This document shows positions 27,043 through 34,880 of a stretch of 64,000 bases of DNA, piece after piece; position 1 is the stretch's first letter; each line of letters opens with the position of its first letter. Made by a program: the position numbers and the translations under genes. The stretch is from Bacteroidota bacterium (lineage in GTDB: Bacteria > Bacteroidota > Bacteroidia > Flavobacteriales_D > Sanyastnellaceae). Location of the stretch: contig VGFR01000001.1 of the NCBI GenBank assembly GCA_016868835.1, positions 1,396 to 65,395 of the forward strand. The letters run 5' to 3'. Below the pieces are notes generated by a model. That model saw only the letters and a program-made list of their open reading frames with translations. It was not told the DNA's origin and did not search any database.

Positions 27043-28938
27043 TTAATAAGCTCTGCCCTGCTTGCCTTCTATATAATTGATGAAGGCCTTGTTTACCACC
27101 TTATTGCCTCCTGGTGTTGGATATTTACCAGAGAAGTACCAATCGCCCTGATTGTTTGGACACGCCTCATGCAATCCAGAAATTTTCTGAAAAATAACGG
27201 TGATCTTCGCTTTTGCTCCTTCAGGAGTGACCAACTCGGCAATTTTAGAAGAAATTTCTTCGTCAGTGAATGGCTTGTACACCTCTTGAACGTAATTCTT
27301 AACGGTTTCCTTTGGTGCGTTTTCTTGCTCTTTGCACTTCAAATAGACCTCATCTAACAAACCTGTTAAATTTCGCTCTCTTAAGAGCGCAACACAAGCC
27401 TGAAATGCAATAAAGTCTCCCATTTTTGCCATGTCAATTCCATAACAATCAGGATATCTAATTTGAGGAGCTGATGAGGCAATGATTATACGCTTGGGTC
27501 CTAATCTATCTAACATTTTAATGATAGACTTTTTCAGTGTTGTCCCCCTAACTATTGAATCATCAATAACTACCAAAGAATCTACCCCAGACTTGACAGT
27601 TCCGTATGTCACATCATACACGTGCCCCACCATCTCATCACGTGCAGAATCTTGGGTGATAAACGTACGCATTTTTACATCTTTTATAGCAATCTTCTCA
27701 ATGCGAGCGCGCTTGCGAATAATTGATTCTATCTCTTCTTTAGAATAAGTACCTGAAGTTAATTTTTCAATCTTTACGTCATTGAGATGATCTTCCAATG
27801 CTTTGATCATACCGTAAAAAGCCGTTTCTGCAGTGTTCGGAATGAATGAAAAAACGGTCTTATCTAAATCATAATTCACTTCCTTCAATAATTGAGGAAC
27901 TATATTTTGACCTAATGCCTGCCGTTCAGCGTAAATATCTGCATCGTTTCCACGAGAAAAATAAATACGCTCGAAAGAACAAGGCGCTGTGTGCAACGAC
28001 TTCTTTATCTCCTTGATTGAGCTGGCACCGTCTTTCTTAATGATGTATGCGCACCCAGCAGGTATTTCTTTTATTTCACTTAATGGAACATTAAACGCCG
28101 ATTGAATCGGTGGACGCTCACTAGCCACCACACAAACCTCTTCATCTTCGTAATAATAGGCCGGGCGAATACCTTGAGGATCTCTATAAACAAACGCGTC
28201 ACCGTGTCCCAACATGCCGGCCATGGCGTACCCACCGTCCCAATCTTTTGACGCGCGTTGCAAAACCTTCTGTATATCTATATTCTTGGCAATCAAGTCT
28301 GAAATTTGCTGGTTTGAATACCCCTGTGCATGGTACATGTCAAACAACTTTTGATTCTCCTCGTCAATGAAGTGCCCAATTTTCTCCATGACCGTAACGG
28401 TGTCTGTTCTTTCCTTCGGGTGCTGACCCAATTCAACCAACAGCCCGAAAAGCTCATCAACGTTGGTTAAATTAAAATTCCCAGCTAACACCAAATTACG
28501 GGTCATCCAGTTGTTTTGTCGCAAGAACGGATGACAATTTTCAATGCTATTTCCACCGTAAGTACCATACCTCAAATGCCCTAAAAAAACCTCTCCTGTG
28601 AACGCATAATTGCTCTTCAAGAATTCAGCATCCTTTAATTTTTCTGGCGAAGTCTTTCCCAATTCGTTGAACCTATTCATTGCCTTTGCAAAAACTTCTC
28701 GAACAGGTTGTTGATCATTGCTTCGAATTCTCGAAATGTATTTTTTTCCGGGAAGCGGATCAAGTTTTATGTTTGCAAGTCCAGCACCATCCTGACCTCT
28801 GTTGTGCTCTTTCTCCATCAACAAATACATTTTATTGAGGCCGTAAAAAGATGTTCCGTATTTATCGGTGTAAAATTGAAGAGGCTTCTTCAATCGGAGT
28901 AGTGCAATTCCGCACTCGTGCTTGATGGCGTCACTCAT
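27043..28938 (-). CDS. purF: Amidophosphoribosyltransferase (long Bacteroidota form)
   Basis: Ntn-type N-terminus MSDAIKHECGIALL. PRPP-binding segment LVVIDDSIVRGTT. 631 aa. Confidence 0.85.
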   Translation of the reverse strand: MSDAIKHECGIALLRLKKPLQFYTDKYGTSFYGLNKMYLLMEKEHNRGQDGAGLANIKLDPLPGKKYISRIRSNDQQPVREVFAKAMNRFNELGKTSPEKLKDAEFLKSNYAFTGEVFLGHLRYGTYGGNSIENCHPFLRQNNWMTRNLVLAGNFNLTNVDELFGLLVELGQHPKERTDTVTVMEKIGHFIDEENQKLFDMYHAQGYSNQQISDLIAKNIDIQKVLQRASKDWDGGYAMAGMLGHGDAFVYRDPQGIRPAYYYEDEEVCVVASERPPIQSAFNVPLSEIKEIPAGCAYIIKKDGASSIKEIKKSLHTAPCSFERIYFSRGNDADIYAERQALGQNIVPQLLKEVNYDLDKTVFSFIPNTAETAFYGMIKALEDHLNDVKIEKLTSGTYSKEEIESIIRKRARIEKIAIKDVKMRTFITQDSARDEMVGHVYDVTYGTVKSGVDSLVVIDDSIVRGTTLKKSIIKMLDRLGPKRIIIASSAPQIRYPDCYGIDMAKMGDFIAFQACVALLRERNLTGLLDEVYLKCKEQENAPKETVKNYVQEVYKPFTDEEISSKIAELVTPEGAKAKITVIFQKISGLHEACPNNQGDWYFSGKYPTPGGNKVVNKAFINYIEGKQGRAY

Positions 28939-29092
28939 GGAGTGAAAATGATTTTGCGCGAAGATACAACCTCTGAATCGTGATTGAAAGAAATACTTTT
29001 TAGAAAAGAAATCTTTCGATTTTATTAGGAAAAATCAGTGATAAATATTTTTCAAATTGCATGAGGTAAGTAAAACTTTAAAATCAAAAATT

Positions 29093-29800
29093 ATGAAAAC
29101 AGCAATTGCATTTTTCCTTGGTCTATTGGGTATATGCCAAGTTGAAGCTCAAGAAATCTTTGGTAAGATTTTAAATGAAGAGGGGGCCCCGGTTTATAAT
29201 GTTGCGGCTCGAGCAGAAAGGAACGGTGCTGTTTACGGCGTTTTCACTGATGACAATGGAAACTACAGAATAGGTGGTCTAGAGCCTGGTAAATACAAAG
29301 TGTCCTTCTCTTTAATTGGTTATAATCCTATTGAGCTTTCACAAGTAGAGGTTACCGACAATCAAATTAAAAAGCTGAATGATTTACAACTCTCTATTTC
29401 CGTTGGCGATGCAGGCAAAACAATTGTGATTAATGGCGGATACATTGACGAGCTTATTGATCCAAACGGAGGAACGCAAGTTGTACTTCGTTCAAAAGAT
29501 TTAAAGAATATGGCTTCCGCAAACGGAGGAAATCTAAAATCAATTGTTGCAAGTATGGATAGCGGAATTAAGTCAAGCCCTAGAGGCGATGAATTGTATT
29601 TCCGAGGAAGCAGATCGGGCAGTGTGGTTTATTTCATTGATGGTGTGAAAGTTTATGGACAGGGAACAAACGTTCCATCTAGTGGAATAAGTAGTGTCAT
29701 GGTCTACACCGGTGGAGTTCCAGCAAAATATGGCGACAGCACAGGTGGTTATGTAGTGGTTAACACGAAAAGCTACATTGAAGAGATGCATGAAAAGTAA
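29093..29800 (+). CDS. CarboxypepD_reg-like domain plus TonB-receptor plug-like domain protein without a barrel
   Basis: Signal peptide MKTAIAFFLGLLGICQVEA. GKILNEEGAPVYNVAA...GNYRIGGLEPGKYKVSFSLIGY (CarbopepD_reg). ELYFRGSRSGSVVYFIDGVKV...GGVPAKYGDSTGG (plug). Only 235 aa. Confidence 0.6.
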   Translation: MKTAIAFFLGLLGICQVEAQEIFGKILNEEGAPVYNVAARAERNGAVYGVFTDDNGNYRIGGLEPGKYKVSFSLIGYNPIELSQVEVTDNQIKKLNDLQLSISVGDAGKTIVINGGYIDELIDPNGGTQVVLRSKDLKNMASANGGNLKSIVASMDSGIKSSPRGDELYFRGSRSGSVVYFIDGVKVYGQGTNVPSSGISSVMVYTGGVPAKYGDSTGGYVVVNTKSYIEEMHEK

Positions 29801-29825
29801 TCGATAATCATTTACCGATTTCAAT

Positions 29826-29833
29826 TACTTTTG
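29826..29833 (+). promoter_or_regulatory. -7 promoter box (TACTTTTG) for panC
   Basis: Lies 24 nt upstream of the panC ATG. Confidence 0.4.
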
Positions 29834-29857
29834 ACCTCTTGCTTGATGAAGAGGTAA

Positions 29858-30706
29858 ATGAACCACAAAACTCCTGAAATACTTCGTACCCGAAACGAAC
29901 TTCATGTATGGCGAAACCAACAGCACGGCTCTGTTGGTTTCGTTCCAACAATGGGGGCTTTGCATGACGGTCACATTTCACTTGTACATGAAGCAAAAGC
30001 CACGTGCGACGTTGTACTTGCATCTATTTTTGTCAACCCTACGCAATTCAACGATAAAAAAGATCTTGAAAAATATCCGCGAACAGAGGCCCAAGACATT
30101 GCACTTCTTTCGAACTCAGCTTGTGATGCCATCTTTATTCCGAGTGTAGAGGAGGTTTACCAAAATAACGTTGCTTCTTTAGATTTCAATTTCGGCTCAC
30201 TAACAAGGCTTTGGGAGGGTAAATTCAGACCAGGGCATTTTAACGGGGTCATTACAGTAGTAAGTAAGCTTTTTGAACTTACACAACCAACCGTTGCCTT
30301 TTTTGGTAAAAAAGATTATCAGCAGCTTTTGGTCATATCACATTGGACAAAAATCAACCAGTTACCCATTGCGATTGTTGGTTGTGAAACCATTCGAAAC
30401 CATGAAGGACTTGCTATGAGTTCGCGAAATTCACGGTTATCTGAGGTTGAGAAAACTGCTGCACTCGCAATTTCAAAGTCGCTTTATTTCCTACGTGAAA
30501 GAAAAGGAATTGACTCGCTTCAAGAAACCCTGGCTTTTATCAAGAATCAATTCATTGAGCCCGCAGGTGTTCGACTTGAATATCTCTGTTGCGCAGACAG
30601 CGAAAGCCTTGAACCATTCAAAGAGTGGCCAAGCGGTTCTTGTGTTTTGCTAGTTGCCGGTTGGGTCGGTGGGGTGCGATTAATAGATGAGCTTGAGGTG
30701 AACTAA
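29858..30706 (+). CDS. panC: Pantoate--beta-alanine ligase
   Basis: VGFVPTMGALHDGHISLV, FVNPTQFN and GKKDYQQL motifs. 282 aa. Confidence 0.95.
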   Translation: MNHKTPEILRTRNELHVWRNQQHGSVGFVPTMGALHDGHISLVHEAKATCDVVLASIFVNPTQFNDKKDLEKYPRTEAQDIALLSNSACDAIFIPSVEEVYQNNVASLDFNFGSLTRLWEGKFRPGHFNGVITVVSKLFELTQPTVAFFGKKDYQQLLVISHWTKINQLPIAIVGCETIRNHEGLAMSSRNSRLSEVEKTAALAISKSLYFLRERKGIDSLQETLAFIKNQFIEPAGVRLEYLCCADSESLEPFKEWPSGSCVLLVAGWVGGVRLIDELEVN

Positions 30707-32163
30707 TCAGTAAAGTTCTTTTCTTCCCACTTATTCACTGCTACTGAAGCAACCGCGTTTCCTACCACATTTGTTGCTGACCTACCCATATCTAAAATGT
30801 GGTCTACACCTAACAACAAAAGAAGACCTGCTTCGGGAATGTTAAAGGTGCTCAGCGTTCCGGCTATAACAACCAATGAAGCTCTGGGCACACCAGCAAC
30901 ACCCTTACTTGTTATCATCAAGGTTAAAAGCATGGCCAATTGATCTCCCCAACTTAAATCAATTCCATAACTCTGCGCTATGAACAAACTCGCAAAAGTC
31001 ATATACATCATGCTTCCATCTAAATTAAAGCTATATCCCAAGGGTAAAACAAAACTGACAATTCTGTTTTTACAACCAAAACGCTCCAATTCTTCTAATA
31101 GTTTTGGATAAGCAGACTCACTTGAGGCGGTTGAAAAAGCAAGTAAAAGTGGTGTCTTAATTCTTGACACCAAGCCCTTGACTTTTTTTCCAATAATTAA
31201 AAAAGCAATAAACAAGAGTAATAACCAAAGTAACAAAAGCCCGCTGTAGAACTCGCCAATGAATAGCGCATAGGTGCTTAAAACTCCAACGCCCTTTTTT
31301 GCAATAACGGCTGTCATAGCTGCAAATACAGCAAAAGGCGCAACATACATGATCGCTGAGGTTATTTTCAGCATCGCGTGCCCAATGATATCCATGGCAT
31401 GAATAACCGATTTTCCCTTTTCGCCCAAGGCGGCCAATGCCGTTCCGAAAAACAAGGCAAATACAACAATTTGTAGAATCTCATTCGACGCTAACGATTC
31501 AAAAAGGCTACTTGGAAAAATGTGTGTAATGAATCCTTTTAATGTAAGAGCGCCGTGGTCTACCCCCGCATCTAAAGCTTCGTTCGGAAGAGGCACATTC
31601 AAGGAAGAGCCTGGCTGATACAAATTCACAAGTAAAGCACCTAAAAACAGAGACACAAATGAAGCAGAAAAAAACCAAAGCATAGTCTTTCCTCCTATTC
31701 TACCCACGGCTTTTAAATCTCCCAACTTGGCAACACCTGCAACCAAAGTGGTAAGAACAAGTGGGGCTATTATCATCTTGATTAACCTCAAGAAAATATC
31801 TGTTAATATGGATAAATATTCCAGTATTTTTTTTAGGGTTTCGTTTTGTGGCTCAGGCGCTCTTAGCTCTTGCTTTATTTGATCTGATAACGTTGTATCC
31901 TTTCCGTATTTTCCAATAATTTTGAACAAATTGTTTAGTTTTTCCTGATCAGAAATCTTGGGATTTGAAACAATCACAGCAACTTCTGAGACTAACGAAT
32001 CCTGGTTGTTACTCGCCCATTTCAACGTTGTCTGCTCTATTTTCTTAATCGTTTCAGACGGTGTTTGAGCCTGTGGTGCTGGGAATGAAACATTTAAATA
32101 CCAACCGAACAGAATTCCCAATACAAGTGCAATAAAAATCCACGTAGTAAGTCCGAATCTCAT
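30703..32163 (-). CDS. Dicarboxylate/amino acid:cation symporter (DAACS/GltP family) with a long TM1-TM2 insertion
   Basis: FLRLIKMIIAPLVLTTLVAGVAKLGD and SSESAYPK...LPLGYSFNLDGS are typical of DAACS. ATG at 32163 (the ORF track start is TTG 32181). Confidence 0.8.
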   Translation of the reverse strand: MRFGLTTWIFIALVLGILFGWYLNVSFPAPQAQTPSETIKKIEQTTLKWASNNQDSLVSEVAVIVSNPKISDQEKLNNLFKIIGKYGKDTTLSDQIKQELRAPEPQNETLKKILEYLSILTDIFLRLIKMIIAPLVLTTLVAGVAKLGDLKAVGRIGGKTMLWFFSASFVSLFLGALLVNLYQPGSSLNVPLPNEALDAGVDHGALTLKGFITHIFPSSLFESLASNEILQIVVFALFFGTALAALGEKGKSVIHAMDIIGHAMLKITSAIMYVAPFAVFAAMTAVIAKKGVGVLSTYALFIGEFYSGLLLLWLLLLFIAFLIIGKKVKGLVSRIKTPLLLAFSTASSESAYPKLLEELERFGCKNRIVSFVLPLGYSFNLDGSMMYMTFASLFIAQSYGIDLSWGDQLAMLLTLMITSKGVAGVPRASLVVIAGTLSTFNIPEAGLLLLLGVDHILDMGRSATNVVGNAVASVAVNKWEEKNFTD

Positions 32164-32207
32164 ATTCCAAATTTTCGGCAAGATATTACCAAAAAAACAA
32201 TGCGTTT

Positions 32208-32501
32208 CTAAAGGTCTCTGATTAGTTGATTCATTACCCGTTTTTCTATTGATTTCGCAAATCCGGGAATGCCAATATTAAACTTATTCGAACACTCTAC
32301 GGTAACCTCCATTTGCGTATCAGCCTCTTGAATTTTTAAAATCACTGTTTTGCCCAAAGAAGTAAGGCTAAGCCCCTGCTCTGCTACAATAAGACCTGAT
32401 TTATCGTTTATTTCAACAATATAGAATTTCTTTTCGTGGAGAACGTCTGCAGCCGCATTGATAATCGCATGCTTTGAGCAGTAAAACTTGTTTTTTTCCA
32501 A
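32208..32501 (-). CDS. Small hypothetical protein (TTG start)
   Basis: A 97-aa ORF sitting 26 nt upstream of the DAACS gene on the same strand. No recognisable motifs and no ATG near the 5' end. Confidence 0.35.
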   Translation of the reverse strand: MEKNKFYCSKHAIINAAADVLHEKKFYIVEINDKSGLIVAEQGLSLTSLGKTVILKIQEADTQMEVTVECSNKFNIGIPGFAKSIEKRVMNQLIRDL

Positions 32502-32668
32502 AGCGTTGAAGTTAAAGTTAAGGCTTGGTAAATATAGCTGAACCTATATGCTACACATTTGTTTTCAATAAATTACAGACACTTGTAATAATATTATTTA
32601 CCAATAAGAGGTTCTTTTATGACATCTGTATAAAAGTACAAGACCACATCTGTTTTCGAGGAATTACA

Positions 32669-32686
32669 CTATTTCAATTGAAATAG
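32669..32686. promoter_or_regulatory. Perfect 18-bp palindrome, candidate operator/activator site
   Basis: CTATTTCAATTGAAATAG abuts a TTTG (-33-like, 32687-32690) upstream of the -7 box. Confidence 0.5.
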
Positions 32687-32713
32687 TTTGCATAATTCGA
32701 AGAATTTTTATAA

Positions 32714-32721
32714 TATCTTTG
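32714..32721 (+). promoter_or_regulatory. -7 promoter box (TATCTTTG) for the GT5-like/DUF4270/glmS operon
   Basis: Lies 31 nt upstream of ATG 32753, with a TTTG 23 nt upstream of the box. Confidence 0.5.
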
Positions 32722-32752
32722 CAAACTCGAATTAAGGAAACCTCAACAGTTT

Positions 32753-33580
32753 ATGCAAAAAACGAAAGTTCTTTTTGTTAGTCAGGAAATTGTTCCGTTT
32801 ACTCCGGAATCCACAATTGCCAATCAAGTAAGACAAATTCCGCAAGCCATTCATGAAAGGGGGAAGGAAACCCGAATTTTTATGCCTCGCTTTGGTAGAA
32901 TAAATGAAAGAAGGCATCAACTTCATGAAGTTATTCGACTTTCTGGGATGAATTTGATCGTTGATGACACCGATCATCCTCTTATTATCAAAGTAGCAAG
33001 TATTCCACAAATTCGTCTTCAAGTATATTTTATCGATAACGAAGAATTTTTTCACAGAAAAGCATACTTGCATGATGAATCTGAGCGTTTGTTCACAGAT
33101 AATGATGAACGCATGATTTTTTTCTCGAAAGGAGTTTTGGAAACAGTAAAAAAATTGGGTTGGGCACCAGACGTAATTCACTGCCACGGTTGGTTTTCAG
33201 CACTAATGCCTGTTTATGTGAAGCAGTTGTACAGTCAAGACCCCTATTTTGCGGATAGCAAAATTGTTGTTTCGTTGTACAAAGATGATTTTCCTGGAAA
33301 CTTAGACAAGCGACTACATAAAAAAATTCAGTTCGACCAAATCAGCTCTGAACATCTTGGAGACTTAGCAACTCCTAATCATGCCAACCTAATGCGCATG
33401 GCGTTGCAACACGCCGATGGTGTAGTTATTCATGAGGAAGGGGTAAATGCAAAGATTCTTGCTGATTTAGAAAAAATGAATGTTCCCATTCTGAAGGCAT
33501 ATGAATGTTCCGACTTCCACGGAGCCGTTGATGAATTTTTTGAAGCTGTTCATACCGGAAAGCAAATTTTGGCTGACTAA
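32753..33580 (+). CDS. Half-size glycogen/starch-synthase-like protein (GT5 N-terminal domain only)
   Basis: KVLFVSQEIVPFTPESTIANQVRQIPQAIHERGKETRIFMPRFG and PDVIHCHGWFSAL match the GlgA N-terminal Rossmann half. At 275 aa it ends before a GT1 C-terminal half. Confidence 0.7.
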   Translation: MQKTKVLFVSQEIVPFTPESTIANQVRQIPQAIHERGKETRIFMPRFGRINERRHQLHEVIRLSGMNLIVDDTDHPLIIKVASIPQIRLQVYFIDNEEFFHRKAYLHDESERLFTDNDERMIFFSKGVLETVKKLGWAPDVIHCHGWFSALMPVYVKQLYSQDPYFADSKIVVSLYKDDFPGNLDKRLHKKIQFDQISSEHLGDLATPNHANLMRMALQHADGVVIHEEGVNAKILADLEKMNVPILKAYECSDFHGAVDEFFEAVHTGKQILAD

Positions 33581-34878
33581 TGATGCGTCTAACCTCGCTT
33601 TTCACTTTGTTTTTTGCTTGGAGCATTCTCTTCAACTCATGTGAAAAACCAGAAGCGCTAAATGCAAATGAATTGCAACCCACTGAAGATGTGTTGTATT
33701 CGAATCAAACAGATACCTTGCGTCTTGTTGCCTCTACCGTTTATGAAGACACTATAAAATCAGACGATTTATCAGCATCACTTTTAGGTGGACTTTTGGA
33801 TCCTGTTTTTGGACTAACTACATGCGAATTTGCAACACAATTTACTCTAGCCAATGCCAATCCAATTATTCCTGAAACAATAGCCATTGACTCTGTCATA
33901 CTTTCTTTCGCATACAATGGCTACACCTATGGTTCATTGAAAAAAATGAATTTCATTATTCGCGAATTGAATGAGCCTATTTTTAAGGATTCAACGTATT
34001 CAAGTTCCTTCATACCAACAAGAAAATTAGAAAATCTTGTTAACGACCCTGAACAAGGAGTGCATATTGAACCATACAATTTCTTTTTCACTTCCTCCGA
34101 TTCCTTGTTACCTCAATTAAGAATTCCATTAAAAACAAGCCTCGGGTATCACATTCTTCAACCAGATAACCCAGATGTTTTAAACTCAGATACTGATTTT
34201 CAAACATATTTCAATGGTCTTTACATTGAAACAACCCAAACCTCTCCAGGTGTTGTTGGTTTAGATTTAACGAATATCAACTCTAAAATCACAGTCTATT
34301 ATAGATATGACGACAATGGTATTGCAGATACCACCTTTTTTGAATTTCCAATTACTTCTGATTGTGCAAGATTGAATCATTTCAGTCATGATTACACTTT
34401 CGCCACACCTTTTCTAAGTGGTTTATCTACTGATAGCACCTCGAGTCTGTATGCCTATGCGCAAGCTGCAGCAGGACTAAAAACAATGATTGAAATTCCG
34501 CATTTAACCAACTTTTCAGATTTAAATTCCACCTTAGTGAACAAGGCAGAACTCATTATTCCTTTCGACTTGAATCCAAAACAACTTCCACCAAGCCAAG
34601 TATTTCTTTTCTATAAAGATGAAGCGGGCGTTTTACAAGCACTTCCCGATCAGTTCACGGGTAATATTGGTGGGAATGTTGATTTGATAAACAGACGATA
34701 TCGTGTGAATATTTCTCAATACATTCAGCAAGTTCTCATGGGAACCATACCTAATGGTCCCCTTTATTTGGTGAGTGGAAACGCCGGAGTAACTATCAAT
34801 GGCGTACAATTGCATGGACCGAATTACTCGTCTAATGCAAGTGAGAATATGAGATTAATACTCACTTACTCGAATTAA
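33580..34878 (+). CDS. DUF4270-like lipoprotein
   Basis: Lipoprotein signal MMRLTSLFTLFFAWSILFNSC. The position between the GT5-like gene and glmS matches the conserved Bacteroidota arrangement I recall. Its start overlaps the upstream stop. Confidence 0.55.
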   Translation: MMRLTSLFTLFFAWSILFNSCEKPEALNANELQPTEDVLYSNQTDTLRLVASTVYEDTIKSDDLSASLLGGLLDPVFGLTTCEFATQFTLANANPIIPETIAIDSVILSFAYNGYTYGSLKKMNFIIRELNEPIFKDSTYSSSFIPTRKLENLVNDPEQGVHIEPYNFFFTSSDSLLPQLRIPLKTSLGYHILQPDNPDVLNSDTDFQTYFNGLYIETTQTSPGVVGLDLTNINSKITVYYRYDDNGIADTTFFEFPITSDCARLNHFSHDYTFATPFLSGLSTDSTSSLYAYAQAAAGLKTMIEIPHLTNFSDLNSTLVNKAELIIPFDLNPKQLPPSQVFLFYKDEAGVLQALPDQFTGNIGGNVDLINRRYRVNISQYIQQVLMGTIPNGPLYLVSGNAGVTINGVQLHGPNYSSNASENMRLILTYSN

Positions 34879-34880
34879 TT

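Noticed and set aside
29835-29854. CCTCTT-n8-AAGAGG hairpin just before the panC ATG, as a possible riboregulator.
   Set aside because: The predicted transcription start from the adjacent -7 box falls inside the left arm, so the hairpin may not exist in the RNA. It is only a 6-bp stem and no known pantothenate element resembles it.
32732-33187. 151-aa minus-strand ORF overlapping the start of the GT5-like gene. Similar antisense ORFs include 35750-36103, 21179-21529, 55213-55593, 8643-8936 and 40106-40766.
   Set aside because: Each lies entirely antisense to, or out of frame within, a gene with strong family motifs. Their translations are low-complexity or Cys/Phe/Leu-rich, with no motifs, signal peptides or sensible starts. 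They are treated as shadow ORFs.
34879-34880. A glmS ribozyme or leader upstream of glmS.
   Set aside because: Only 2 nt separate the DUF4270 stop from the glmS ATG, which leaves no room for a structured leader. The ribozyme is also not expected in this phylum.
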